DNA of 34,809 bases from Novosphingobium sp. (GCA_031370725.1 JANMQW010000020.1:1-34809), one strand, 5' to 3'. Positions 10,167-20,004 are shown, counted from the first letter of the stretch. A program made the numbers and translations. The notes: generated by a model from the letters alone, not told the origin.

Positions 10167-12367
10167 ACGTCTTGGCAATGGCGCCTTCACCCCATGATTT
10201 GGAAAGTCCGCGCCTAGGCGCTGCCGCGCTGACCGGGTTCGAACGGGCTTGGCGGACGATCATCAACCGCCGTTACCTGATCCTGGGGATCGTGGCGGCG
10301 GCAATCGTCCTGGGGTTCCTGATAACCCTGACAGTGACCCCACGCTATACTGCGACGACGCGGATCGAAATTTCGCGCGAGCAAGACAAGGTGGCCGATG
10401 TCGAGAAGGTGCAGTCGGACCAGATGGTCCAGGAACTGACGTTCTATCAGACCCAGTATTCGCTGCTCAACGATCGTTCGATTGCCGAACGCGTGGCGCG
10501 GGCGCTGCGCCTTTCGACTGATTTGCAATTTGCCCAGGCGTTCGACCTGACTTCGGTCGAAGGACAGGGCCGCAGCAAGATCGCCGACGATACCGCGATC
10601 ACGGTCTTGCTCAAATACGTCACCATCAAGCCCGTGCGCGGATCAAGCCTGGTCGACATCCAGTTCGAGAGCCCCGACTCAAAATTGTCCGCGCGGATTG
10701 CCAACGAATGGGTCAACCAGTTCATCCGCGCCAAGATGGACCGCCGGTTTGGCGCCACCGCCGATGCACGCACTTTCCTTGAGCAGCGGCTTGAGCAATT
10801 GCGCACGAACCTGGAAAAGTCCGAGCGCGAACTGATCGAATACGCCAAGGCTCAGGGCATCGTCTCGCTCGATCGGGTGCGTGACGGCGCCACCAACACC
10901 ACGACCGAACGGACGCTGGTCGCCAGCGATCTCGAAGCCGCCAACATGGCACTGGCCAGCGCGCGCGCCGATCGCATCGCCGCCGAAGCCCAGATGCGGC
11001 GCAATTCAAACGTGGCGGTCATGGCCAGCCCCACGCTGCAAAGCTTGCGCGCGCGCCGCGCCGAACTGGCCGCCAATGTTGCCAACATGGAATCGTTGTT
11101 CGGCTCGGCCTACCCGCCGCTTGTCGCCTCGCGCTCTGAATTGGCCAACATCGATCGCAGCATTGCAACCGAAACCGGTCGCGCCAAAAGCGCCGTGAGC
11201 GAAGCCTACAACGGTGCGCTCGACCGCGAGCAGCAGAGCGAGGCCCTGCTCGCGCGACTTAAGTCGGCGTATGGCAATCAGCAGAGCGATTCGGTACGCT
11301 ACGCCATCCTTTCGCGCGATGCCGATACCAACCGCCAGCTTTATCAAAGCCTGCTTCAGCGCTACAAGGAGATCGGGGTTGCCGGCGTGGGCGCCAACGA
11401 CGTCGCGATCGTCCACCGCGCGATGCCGCCCGAAGGACCGTCGAGCCCGCGGCTCGCGCTCAATCTGCTGCTGGCGGCCTTTGTCGGGCTGTTGCTCGCG
11501 GCGGCGGCGGTGTTCATCCTCGAACAGATCGACCAATCGATCCGCGATCCGGCGGAAGTCGAGAACAAGCTGCACCTGCCGCTGATCGGATCGGTCCCGG
11601 CGGGGCAGGGCGACTTGCTCGATGATGTCTTCGACAAGCGCTCGGAAACCTACGAGGCTTATCTCAGCGTTCGCAGCAACCTGGGTTTCCTAACCGCGCA
11701 CGGCGCCCCGCGATCGATGGTCATCACCAGTTCGCGACCCGGCGAGGGCAAGTCGACCACCGCGGTCATGCTCTCGCACATGTTTGCCGAACAGGGCCGT
11801 TCGACCGTGCTGGTCGATGGCGACATGCGCAATTCGTCGCTCGCTTCGTACCTCGGGTTCGAACGCCACGAGGGCTTGAGCAGTTATCTCGCGGGCGAGG
11901 GCGAGCTCGACAAGCTGCTGGTCAAGCCGGATCGCTACGCTTTCACCCTGATGCCCGCGGGCCGGGTGCCACCCAACGCTGCCGAACTGCTCGACAGCGA
12001 TCGTTTCGACATGCTGATTGCCGATCTGCTCAAGCGGTTCGACCAAGTCATCGTCGATGCGCCGCCGCTGCTGGGGCTGGCCGACACCCCGTTGATCGCG
12101 CGCAAGGTCGAGGGCGCGGTGTTCGTGATCGAGGCCAACCGCGGCAAGCTGCGGATCATCCGCACCGCGCTGCGCCGCCTGCAGATGGCCGGGGCCAAGG
12201 TGTTCGGCGCGATCGTTACAAAGCTCGATGATCGCAATGCTTCGTACGGCTACGGCTACGGCTATGGTTACGGCTACGGCTATGGAGCCGGGAAGGATGC
12301 CGCCACGAAGGACGGCGGCGCCAAGGACGGGGGCACGAAAGACGGGGCTAGGGACGCCGCGAAATGA
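10163..12367 (+). CDS. wzc: Polysaccharide co-polymerase / BY-kinase Wzc
   Basis: Two TM helices flank a coiled-coil periplasmic domain. Walker A SSRPGEGKST, VLVDGDMR, VIVDAPP, and a C-terminal (YG)7 tyrosine cluster. Confidence 0.95.
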   Translation: MNVLAMAPSPHDLESPRLGAAALTGFERAWRTIINRRYLILGIVAAAIVLGFLITLTVTPRYTATTRIEISREQDKVADVEKVQSDQMVQELTFYQTQYSLLNDRSIAERVARALRLSTDLQFAQAFDLTSVEGQGRSKIADDTAITVLLKYVTIKPVRGSSLVDIQFESPDSKLSARIANEWVNQFIRAKMDRRFGATADARTFLEQRLEQLRTNLEKSERELIEYAKAQGIVSLDRVRDGATNTTTERTLVASDLEAANMALASARADRIAAEAQMRRNSNVAVMASPTLQSLRARRAELAANVANMESLFGSAYPPLVASRSELANIDRSIATETGRAKSAVSEAYNGALDREQQSEALLARLKSAYGNQQSDSVRYAILSRDADTNRQLYQSLLQRYKEIGVAGVGANDVAIVHRAMPPEGPSSPRLALNLLLAAFVGLLLAAAAVFILEQIDQSIRDPAEVENKLHLPLIGSVPAGQGDLLDDVFDKRSETYEAYLSVRSNLGFLTAHGAPRSMVITSSRPGEGKSTTAVMLSHMFAEQGRSTVLVDGDMRNSSLASYLGFERHEGLSSYLAGEGELDKLLVKPDRYAFTLMPAGRVPPNAAELLDSDRFDMLIADLLKRFDQVIVDAPPLLGLADTPLIARKVEGAVFVIEANRGKLRIIRTALRRLQMAGAKVFGAIVTKLDDRNASYGYGYGYGYGYGYGAGKDAATKDGGAKDGGTKDGARDAAK
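12245..12364 (+). repeat. Coding tandem repeats at the wzc 3' end: (TAYGGN)x7 followed by degenerate 12-15 nt units (KDAAT-KDGGA-KDGGT-KDGA-RDAA)
   Basis: Read directly: tacggc tacggc tacggc tatggt tacggc tacggc tatgga, then aaggatgccgccacg aaggacggcggcgcc aaggacgggggcacg aaagacggggct agggacgccgcg. Confidence 0.85.
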
Positions 12368-13620
12368 GCAGTAGGCCCGCCGTCGCGCGGTCGCGCGAGG
12401 GCCGGGCTTCCACCGCTCCCAAGCTGCCGACCGCGCGCACCATTGCGCTGATTGTTGCGGCGGCGACGGTGGCGCTGCTCGTCGCGATGGTCACCTGGGG
12501 CGGGCTCAACAAGTTGCGTCAGCCGCGTCTGGCGCTGGCTGCAGTGCCGACCAATGGTTTCGCCTATGCCCAGGCGGTGCTCACGGGCATCTCCAGCCAG
12601 ATCGGCGATACCCCCGCACGGCTCGCCAAGGTCACCATCTCGCCCGCGCAGCGCCAGGCCGCGCTGAATAGCTACTCCCGGGAGCCGTTCTCGTCGCAAG
12701 GCCTGGCGATCGCCGCACTGAGCGCCGAAGCCGAAGGCAAAACCGCGCGCGCTCGACAGTTGATGAATGCAGCGCTGGAACTGACGCGGCGCGATTCGCT
12801 GGTCAACGGGTGGACCGTGCTCGACGCGAGCCGCCGCAACGATCTCGACGCCGCAATCGTCGCGCTCAACCGCTCGATGACCACCAATCCCGCGACTGCT
12901 TCGATCTATGTCCCAGCGATGGTCAAGTCGCTCGCGCAGGATGCTTCGGTCGACGTGCTGGCGCGGATCCTGGCGCGGCGGCCGACCTGGGATCTGGCCT
13001 TCTGGCGGGCCGCGGTAGTCGCGCCGCAGACGATCGCCAATGCCGGAAAATTGCGCGTGCGACTGGTTCGCACTTCGGCTGACGACAAGGAGATCGACCT
13101 CGCGATGCTGGGCATGCTGGCCTTGCAGCGTGAGTTCGCGACCGCCACCGCGCTTTACCAGGTGCGGAGCGGCGTACGATCCCCGGCGGGCAGCGCAATC
13201 GTCCGCAACGCCGATTTCGGCACGGCGCCGGTATGGCCGCCGTTCGACTGGGATGTGATGGCCACTGGCGAATACAGCGGCACGTTGCTGCGCGACGGCC
13301 AAGGCCTGACGGTCGAGGCACTGCCCGGCAGTGGGGGACTCGTCGCCCGCCAGCTCGTTGCGATCCCCCCCGGACCGATGCGGCTGCGCGCGTTGCTGGC
13401 ACATCCGTTCGAGCGCGACGCGAATGGCCTCGCAATCCGGCTGCTGTGCGCAACCACGGAGGCGCGGGTGTTCGAAGCCGACCTCATGACCGCCACGTCT
13501 ACCCGGGATTTCACTGCCTCAGAGTGCCGTTATTACTGGCTCGACATTGTGGTCCGACCGGGAGCAACAGAAAACCGCGAGCCCCTTGCCCTGCGGCGGG
13601 TCGAGATCGTGCCGCGCTAA
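12364..13620 (+). CDS. Uncharacterised membrane-anchored periplasmic protein (helical/TPR-like middle, beta-rich C-terminus)
   Basis: ATGA overlap with wzc and one N-terminal TM helix. Ala/Leu/Arg-rich helices are followed by a segment IVRNADF...PPFDWD that suggests a beta-sandwich. Confidence 0.75.
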   Translation: MSSRPAVARSREGRASTAPKLPTARTIALIVAAATVALLVAMVTWGGLNKLRQPRLALAAVPTNGFAYAQAVLTGISSQIGDTPARLAKVTISPAQRQAALNSYSREPFSSQGLAIAALSAEAEGKTARARQLMNAALELTRRDSLVNGWTVLDASRRNDLDAAIVALNRSMTTNPATASIYVPAMVKSLAQDASVDVLARILARRPTWDLAFWRAAVVAPQTIANAGKLRVRLVRTSADDKEIDLAMLGMLALQREFATATALYQVRSGVRSPAGSAIVRNADFGTAPVWPPFDWDVMATGEYSGTLLRDGQGLTVEALPGSGGLVARQLVAIPPGPMRLRALLAHPFERDANGLAIRLLCATTEARVFEADLMTATSTRDFTASECRYYWLDIVVRPGATENREPLALRRVEIVPR

Positions 13621-13626
13621 AGCCGG

Positions 13627-14859
13627 TTAAGACCCGGCGATCGCGCGCAACAACGTATCCCACGCAGCAATCCCATGCGCGCGCGAGTAATTGTCGCGGA
13701 CCATAAGCCGCGCGTTGCGTCCGCGTTGCGCCAGCATGCCGCGGTCTGCGGCTAGTTCGCCCAGCAATACGGCAACCGCTGCACCCTCGCCAGGGCGGAA
13801 CGTCCAACCGCAATCGTGCCGGCGGATCAAGCGGGCGACTTCGCCATCGGCGTCGCCGATGAACAGGATCGGTCGCCCGCTCGCCGCAGCGCCATAGAAC
13901 TTGGACGGCACGATCAGGCCCTCCAGCTCGGGTTGGAGCGACAGCCAGTGAAGGTCGGCCACGGCCATCGAGCGAGGTAACACAGCGCGAGGCTGGTAAG
14001 GCCTGAGCGAGACGTTTGGCAAATCGGCGACGCCGAGCCGATCCCGCAATGCGCCGCCGCCGATAAACAGGAAATCGACCGGCGCGGCCTGCGCGGCCAA
14101 AACCCGGGCCGCGGCGAGCATCGTATCAAGCTCGTGGGCTCGGCCCAGATTGCCCGAGTAGCCAACCACCAGCCGCTTGGCGGAAAAACCCCAAGCTTCG
14201 CGCAGAACCGCCGGGTCGTCCGCGGCAGCGAGCACGGCGTCATCGCCCCAGTTGTGGATTTCGATGATCTGGGTGGGTTCGGCTCCCGCTGCTATCAACG
14301 CTTCCTTCATCCGCGCCCCGATCGCCACGGTTGCCGCCGAACTGCGGATCGAGCGGCTCCGCAACACCGTCAGTGCTCGTCCCGGCCAGCCCGCGAGCTG
14401 GCGAATGCCCAAGGCCACCGCCAGTTCGGGATAGATGTCCTGCATCCAGTTGACCTGGCGCGCGCCGCGCAGCCGCGAGACCAGCGACAGCGGGACTTGC
14501 AGCAAAGGCGGATCGGTCTTGGCGACCAGGATGTCGCCGCGCCGCAGGATGCGGACCGCCGCCATCATCGCCGCAAGATAGAAGCTAACATAGTCGATCG
14601 CGCGCCCGGCCAGCGCGCCGCGCCCGAAGCGGGTCGTGGCGACGCGGTGGATGGTGACGCCGTCATGCGTCTCGCGCTCGACCAAACTCTCGCCGCCCTC
14701 GTACCGCAATCGGCTGGCGACGACCGTCACGTCCCAACCCCGCGCAGCCAGGCCGGTCGCTAGATCGGTGAGGATCTGCGCGGTTGCGCTGTGATCGGGC
14801 CAGTAAAAGCGGTTGACGAAAACCACGCGGCGGCGCGGGTCGGGCAGCGCTGGCGTCAC
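13627..14859 (-). CDS. GT4 glycosyltransferase (WcaI/WbuB-like)
   Basis: Motifs FVNRFYWPD..ATAQ, WMQDIYPE, YSGNLGRAH and VPSKFYG..ASGRPI. Start at GTG 14859, which overlaps the upstream stop. Confidence 0.9.
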   Translation of the reverse strand: MTPALPDPRRRVVFVNRFYWPDHSATAQILTDLATGLAARGWDVTVVASRLRYEGGESLVERETHDGVTIHRVATTRFGRGALAGRAIDYVSFYLAAMMAAVRILRRGDILVAKTDPPLLQVPLSLVSRLRGARQVNWMQDIYPELAVALGIRQLAGWPGRALTVLRSRSIRSSAATVAIGARMKEALIAAGAEPTQIIEIHNWGDDAVLAAADDPAVLREAWGFSAKRLVVGYSGNLGRAHELDTMLAAARVLAAQAAPVDFLFIGGGALRDRLGVADLPNVSLRPYQPRAVLPRSMAVADLHWLSLQPELEGLIVPSKFYGAAASGRPILFIGDADGEVARLIRRHDCGWTFRPGEGAAVAVLLGELAADRGMLAQRGRNARLMVRDNYSRAHGIAAWDTLLRAIAGS

Positions 14860-15776
14860 ACTTTCAGCCCCGTGACCGCGGCAACAGCATCCTCCAGCGG
14901 GACCTGGTTGGTATCGCGATAAAGCTCGATCTCGCGGACCTTGCAGTCGATCAGGGTGCGGTACCAATAGACCTGGAGAAAGTGGAAGAAATAGCCCTCG
15001 GCCCCGTCGAGGAAGCCCATCCGCACCCAATAGCGCCAGAAGAAATAGACTTTGGCACGCATCCCCCCGGGCAGGCGATTGAACACCCGTTCCTTGATCA
15101 GCCGCTTGAGCCGCACCGGACCGTGGAGCGTGTCCGCCGAGGGCGCTTCCCGATCGAGCAGCGGATACTTGCGCGCCAGCACCTCGATTGCCTCACGCGA
15201 TGCATAGCCGTTGTGCTTGGCGGTCCACCAGCCGACCGGGTTGAGGTTGATGTCGGCGATTTCGATAACAGTGGTGCGCGTCGGGCCCGCGACGAAGATA
15301 TGCTCGTCCATCCAGCGCTCCTCGCAACGCCCGGTCCCCGCGCGCCACAGCCGCAGGTGCCAATTGGGCTGGAGCCCGCCGTGGAGCATTCGCCGCCCGA
15401 GGAAATGGATGTGGCGGCGCACGATCAGGCCATCGGATGCTTCGCCCGCAGACACCAGCACGCCGCCGGGGGGCGGTTCGAGCACTTCGTCGGCATCGAT
15501 CCGCATCAGCCATCCGCCGCGCCCCTCGATGTGCGCAATAGCGGCGTTGACCTGGCGGGCGTGGGTGGTGAACGGGTGGACGATCACCTCGGCGCCCATT
15601 TCGCGCGCAATCTCGCAGGTCCGGTCGGTCGATCCACTGTCGATCACCAGAACGGTGGCGCAGTATTCGCGGATCGAGGCGATGCACCGCGCGATGTGCT
15701 TTTCCTCGTCGAGCGTTAGGATGAAGGCATGCACTGGCTCGCCCGACGGTAAAATGGCGGGGGCGAGCGCCATCAA
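14856..15776 (-). CDS. GT2 glycosyltransferase (beta-1,4-glucosyltransferase-like)
   Basis: Motifs ILTLDEE.HIARC, VIDSGSTD.T, IDADE, and W..KHNGYASREA. Confidence 0.9.
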   Translation of the reverse strand: MMALAPAILPSGEPVHAFILTLDEEKHIARCIASIREYCATVLVIDSGSTDRTCEIAREMGAEVIVHPFTTHARQVNAAIAHIEGRGGWLMRIDADEVLEPPPGGVLVSAGEASDGLIVRRHIHFLGRRMLHGGLQPNWHLRLWRAGTGRCEERWMDEHIFVAGPTRTTVIEIADINLNPVGWWTAKHNGYASREAIEVLARKYPLLDREAPSADTLHGPVRLKRLIKERVFNRLPGGMRAKVYFFWRYWVRMGFLDGAEGYFFHFLQVYWYRTLIDCKVREIELYRDTNQVPLEDAVAAVTGLKV

Positions 15777-16669
15777 CGGTTTGCCCCGACCGCTACTGCA
15801 GCATGCACGGCACCGAGGCTGGCCAGCACCGCGCCCGCGGTCGCGAGGCGCTGCGGCGGCACCCAGCCCAGCGTCGTAGCGAGCAGCGCGGTATCGGCTT
15901 CGAGCACGTCCTGATCGTGCGGTGAGCGTGGGCGTTCGCCGAAACGGAGGAGTGCAGGATCGGCAGCCATCTCGTGCGCCAACGCCAGCGCAACGCTGCG
16001 CACGTCCAGCGCGATTCCCGTGCCGACGTTGATGACTGCGGGGCCGGCGGGGAACGCACCCAATGCTTCAAGCGCGCGCGCGGCATCGTCGACATGGACA
16101 AAATCGCGGCGCTGGGTGCCATCGCTCAGCGCGATCGGCTGCCCCTCGCGCAACGCGGAAAGGATAGCAGGGAGCAGTCGTCCGCTGCGCTCTCCCGGGC
16201 CGTAAAGCCCAAACAGCCGGGCATGGATCAGCGAAAAACCGCGCACCTTCGCCAGTTCGGCAAGGTCCATACCGGCTTCCACCTTGGCGCGGGCATAGCC
16301 GTTTTGCGGCGTTACCTCGTCCGTTTCGGCAAGACGCCCGGCCCGCCCGTATTCGGCCATGCTCCCAGCATAGACCACCCGCATCCCAGACATCGCTGCG
16401 GCACCTATCGCCTGGGCCATCGCGCGTTCGTCCTCGATGATCTGCGGATCGTCGGCGTTTGTATTGGCCACGCCGCTTGAAGCGAGGTGATAGATCGTCG
16501 CGGCCCCGGCGTGGGCGATATATCGCGCCGCCGCACCGGCATCGCGCCAGTCGAGGTCGCTGCGGCTCGGCCCCAGCACTGCCGCACCGCCCGCATTCAG
16601 CCTTGCGACCACAGCGCGGCCGAGGAAGCCCCCGGCGCCGGTGACGATGGCGCGCATGCGATCGGTCAA
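15773..16669 (-). CDS. Extended SDR NDP-sugar epimerase / 4-keto reductase
   Basis: Motifs VTGAGGFLG, GSMAEYG, YARAK (YxxxK), YGPGE and RDFVHVDD. Lies in the same operon as rfbF and rfbG. Confidence 0.85.
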   Translation of the reverse strand: MTDRMRAIVTGAGGFLGRAVVARLNAGGAAVLGPSRSDLDWRDAGAAARYIAHAGAATIYHLASSGVANTNADDPQIIEDERAMAQAIGAAAMSGMRVVYAGSMAEYGRAGRLAETDEVTPQNGYARAKVEAGMDLAELAKVRGFSLIHARLFGLYGPGERSGRLLPAILSALREGQPIALSDGTQRRDFVHVDDAARALEALGAFPAGPAVINVGTGIALDVRSVALALAHEMAADPALLRFGERPRSPHDQDVLEADTALLATTLGWVPPQRLATAGAVLASLGAVHAAVAVGANR

Positions 16670-17850
16670 GGGGTGGCTCCGCGGCTCATCGAACCGCTGT
16701 ACAGCGCGACGAGCCGTTCGGCGATCCGCTCCAGCGAATAGCGTTGCGCGATCATTGCCTTGCCGCGTGCGCCCATCGTGGCAAGCTCTACGTCATCCAG
16801 CGCAAGCAACCCGGCAAGCCCCGCAGCGATGCCGGCGGCATCATCGGGCACGACCAGCCCCGCGCCCTCATCCGCCACTTCGGGAAAGTGGCACTGATCG
16901 GTGAGCAGCACCGGCAACCCGGCGCCGAGCGCCTCGAGCAGGGCGATAGAGAAGCCCTCCTGATGCGAAGGCAAGGCGAAGATCGCGGCATGGCGCAACG
17001 CGGGTTTCGCTGTGGCGCCGAACAGATCGGTGACGAAAGTGGCCCGCTCACCCAGACCCGCAGACGCCAGTCGGCTGACGATGGCCTCCGCGTAGCTTTC
17101 GTCCTGGGGGATGCCGACGACCAGCAGCCGCGCCTCGGGGCGCCTGTCCGCCAGCGCGATGAAGGCGTCGGCGAGCAAATCGAGGCCCTTCTTGGGATGG
17201 ATCCGGCTGAAATAGAGAATCGTCCGGGCGGGCTTCGTCAGAAACGCTACACGATCGAGCAGCGGCTGCGCATCGCCCGCGATTGCTTCGGCCAGCGCTG
17301 CCAGATCGATCCCGTTGGGGATGATCGCGTGCGGCGGTGAGCCGGGGTGGCGCGCGGCGGCGCTTTCTTCCGCCGTCGCGAAAACGATCGCACTGGCCTT
17401 CGCCAGCATCGCGCCGGTGCCCATCAACGCGAGTGCCAGCGCCTTGCGCCCGCGCGACTGGCGCAGCGACCACGGATCGAGCATGCCGTGGGCAGAGACG
17501 AACACCGACTTGCCCGCGCGGCGAAAGATCGCGGCAGCATCGCTGAGGCACCCCTCCCACACCCCGTGGACGTGGAGTGCGTCGAATTCGGCAATCCGAC
17601 GTTCCAGCGCCTGGCGCTGCGCGCGGCTTCGCTTCAGTTTGGCTGGGCCGCTGGACGCGAACCGCTCAATATTGACCGGCAGCTCGGCGAAATCGGGATC
17701 GGCCGCCGGACTGCTGTCGTCTGCGGCAACGAGCGCCATCAGCGTCACCCGCACCCCGGTTCGGGCCAGCGCACGCGCGGTCTCGAACATGACCTGCGGC
17801 GGGCCTCCAGCGGTGGCCGCCAGTTCGCCGGTGAGCATCAGCACGTGCAT
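16666..17850 (-). CDS. GT4 glycosyltransferase
   Basis: Motifs GGP, LHVHGVW, SAHGMLDPW, FSRIHPKKGLD and PSHQEGFSIALLEALGAGLPV (EX7E). Confidence 0.93.
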   Translation of the reverse strand: MHVLMLTGELAATAGGPPQVMFETARALARTGVRVTLMALVAADDSSPAADPDFAELPVNIERFASSGPAKLKRSRAQRQALERRIAEFDALHVHGVWEGCLSDAAAIFRRAGKSVFVSAHGMLDPWSLRQSRGRKALALALMGTGAMLAKASAIVFATAEESAAARHPGSPPHAIIPNGIDLAALAEAIAGDAQPLLDRVAFLTKPARTILYFSRIHPKKGLDLLADAFIALADRRPEARLLVVGIPQDESYAEAIVSRLASAGLGERATFVTDLFGATAKPALRHAAIFALPSHQEGFSIALLEALGAGLPVLLTDQCHFPEVADEGAGLVVPDDAAGIAAGLAGLLALDDVELATMGARGKAMIAQRYSLERIAERLVALYSGSMSRGATP

Positions 17851-17851
17851 G

Positions 17852-18946
17852 TCAGGCGCCGGCGGCAGCCTCGGCAGCGATACGATAGTCCTCGATCTGG
17901 GCCCGTGTCACTGCACGCAGGTCCGACTCACCCGCCAGCCACCGCGCATACCATTCGACCGTCCGCGCAATGGTCTCGCGGAAGCCCCACACCGGATGCC
18001 AGCCGAGCAACTGGTGCGCCTTGTCGCAGTTAAGCGCGAGCGCGAACGCCTCGTGTGGGGCCGAGGGGTCTTCATCGGTCACCAGTTCGCCCTTGCCGAA
18101 TGCGGCGATGAGGCCCTCGGCGAGATCGCGCACCGGGCGGACGTTGGCGGGGTCGGGTCCGAAGTTCCAGCCTTGGGCATAGGCCTGCGGATCGTCGGAT
18201 TGCGCGAGCCGCGCGCCGAGCAGCAGATAGCCGCCCAAGGGTTCGAGAACATGCTGCCATGGCCGCGTCGCCGCCGGGCTGCGCAGCACGATCGGGCTCC
18301 CCGCGGCGATTGCTCGGACCCCGTCGACCACCAGCCGGTCCTGCGCCCAGTCGCCCCCGCCGATCACATTGCCGGCGCGCGCGCTGGCGAGGCGGATCGC
18401 GCTGTCGGACGCGGCGAAATAGCTGTCGCGCCAGCTCGACACCACCAGCTCAGCGGCGCCCTTGCTCATCGAGTAGGGATCGTGCCCGCCCATCGCGTCG
18501 CACTCGCGATAGCCCCACACCTGGCCGGTGTTGGCATAGCACTTGTCCGATGTCGCCACGACGACGGCACATGGCGCTCCCGCGGCGCGCACCGCTTCGA
18601 GCAGATTCGCGGTGCCCAGCACGTTCACCTCCAACGTTTCGAGCGGGATCGCATAAGACCGCCTTACCAGCGGCTGTGCGGCCAGGTGGAACACGACATC
18701 GGGCCGCGCCTCGTCGAGCGCGCGGGCCAGCGCAGCGCGATCGCGAATGTCGCGGAACACGGTGGTTTCCGCGCTGCCAAGTCCGGTCAGCTCGAAATGC
18801 GAGGGGTTGGACGGGATATCGACCGACAGCCCGCTGACCTGAGCGCCCAGCATCTCGAGCCAGTGGAGCAGCCAGCTGCCCTTGAACCCGGTGTGTCCGG
18901 TGACCAGCACGCGCCGCCCAGCATAGAAATCGCCGAACGTCTTCAT
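17852..18946 (-). CDS. rfbG: CDP-glucose 4,6-dehydratase
   Basis: Motifs VLVTGHTGFKGSWL, HLAAQPLVR.SY, TSDKCY, GGHDPYS.SK, RAGNVIGGGDW and RPWQHVLEPL. Start at ATG 18946. Confidence 0.96.
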   Translation of the reverse strand: MKTFGDFYAGRRVLVTGHTGFKGSWLLHWLEMLGAQVSGLSVDIPSNPSHFELTGLGSAETTVFRDIRDRAALARALDEARPDVVFHLAAQPLVRRSYAIPLETLEVNVLGTANLLEAVRAAGAPCAVVVATSDKCYANTGQVWGYRECDAMGGHDPYSMSKGAAELVVSSWRDSYFAASDSAIRLASARAGNVIGGGDWAQDRLVVDGVRAIAAGSPIVLRSPAATRPWQHVLEPLGGYLLLGARLAQSDDPQAYAQGWNFGPDPANVRPVRDLAEGLIAAFGKGELVTDEDPSAPHEAFALALNCDKAHQLLGWHPVWGFRETIARTVEWYARWLAGESDLRAVTRAQIEDYRIAAEAAAGA

Positions 18947-19782
18947 CGTGCGCTCGACTCTTGCGCCGCGCCGACGGCCCACGGCGCACTGCCCCTGGCC
19001 CACAGATCATTGAGCAGTTCCCAGTCGCGCATCGTATCCATGCACTGCCAGAAGCCGTGGTGGCGATAGAGCATCAGCTCGCCAGCGGCGGTAGCTTCGG
19101 CGAGCGGGGCGCGTTCGAGCATTACGTCGTCACAATTGTCGGCGAGAAACCGCTCGATGAATGCGCGGCGCATCACCATGAACCCGCCGTTGATGTAGCG
19201 ATCGGAGGCAGCGGGCTTTTCGGCCCAGTCGATTACCCGGTCACCGTCGTGGACCAGCTCGCCAAACCGCCCGGGGGGGATCACCCCGGTCATCGTCACC
19301 ATTTTGCCGTGGCTGCGATGGAACGCGGCGAGCGCGTCCAGATCGATATCGGCCAGCCCGTCGCCATACGTCAGCATGAACGAATCATCGCCGCCAAGGT
19401 AGCGCGCGATCCGCCGCACGCGTCCCGCGGTCATCGTTTCCGCGCCCGTCTCGGCGACGGTGACCGACCAGTCGTCGGCCGGCGTATCGTCGTGAAAGGT
19501 GACTGCGCCGGGGCGGGCGGTCTCGACCGTCACATCGCTGAGCCGAGCATGAAAATCGAGGAAATAGCCCTTGATCGCCCAGCTCAGGTGGCCCGCAGCC
19601 AGGATAAACTCGCGATGCCCGAAACGCGCGTAGTGGCGCATGATGTGCCAGACGATCGGCTGCTCGCCGACCGCGACCATCGGCTTGGGCAACTGGTTGC
19701 CAGTCACTTCGCCGAGCCGGGTGCCCTTGCCCCCGCACAGGATGACGACCTTCATCGGGGCAGGGGATTGTGGTGCGATCAT
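18943..19782 (-). CDS. rfbF: Glucose-1-phosphate cytidylyltransferase
   Basis: Motifs VILCGGKGTRL, PKPMV, TMTAGR, LTYGDG, INGGFMV and H.GFWQCMDT.RD. The start is ATG 19782 or 19755. Confidence 0.95.
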   Translation of the reverse strand: MIAPQSPAPMKVVILCGGKGTRLGEVTGNQLPKPMVAVGEQPIVWHIMRHYARFGHREFILAAGHLSWAIKGYFLDFHARLSDVTVETARPGAVTFHDDTPADDWSVTVAETGAETMTAGRVRRIARYLGGDDSFMLTYGDGLADIDLDALAAFHRSHGKMVTMTGVIPPGRFGELVHDGDRVIDWAEKPAASDRYINGGFMVMRRAFIERFLADNCDDVMLERAPLAEATAAGELMLYRHHGFWQCMDTMRDWELLNDLWARGSAPWAVGAAQESSAR

Positions 19783-19824
19783 GGTGTCCAACTTCAGCGA
19801 AAGCGCTTTGCGCCGGGCGACCGC

Positions 19825-20004
19825 TTACGAATTCCCCGCCAGCGCGGCAACCAGTTCGCGGCGGCGCCGGGCGATGGCCAGTACCAGCCCGGCGGCGAAG
19901 CGGTCTACTTTCCCCGCCGTGATCCGCGCGCTGGCGCGTTCGATCAGTTCCGCATGGTACTGAAAAGAGTCGCACAAGGCGGCAACGCACAGCGTTTCAG
20001 GCAA
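19825..20004 (-). pseudogene. Possible gene relic / small ORF (59 aa) resembling a GT-B C-terminus
   Basis: Manual translation: LPETLCVAALCDSFQYHAELIERASARITAGKVDRFAAGLVLAIARRRRELVAALAGNS*. It sits in an otherwise unexplained ~270-nt gap. Confidence 0.25.

Noticed and set aside
13621-13626. Terminator at the convergent junction of the export and GT operons
   Set aside because: The gap is only 6 nt and no hairpin is seen.
17315-19069. Long antisense/alternative ORFs (e.g. 584 aa here; also 3759-5072, 28845-30146, 30309-31898, 32994-34151)
   Set aside because: Shadow ORFs expected in high-GC DNA opposite well-supported genes, with no recognisable motifs.
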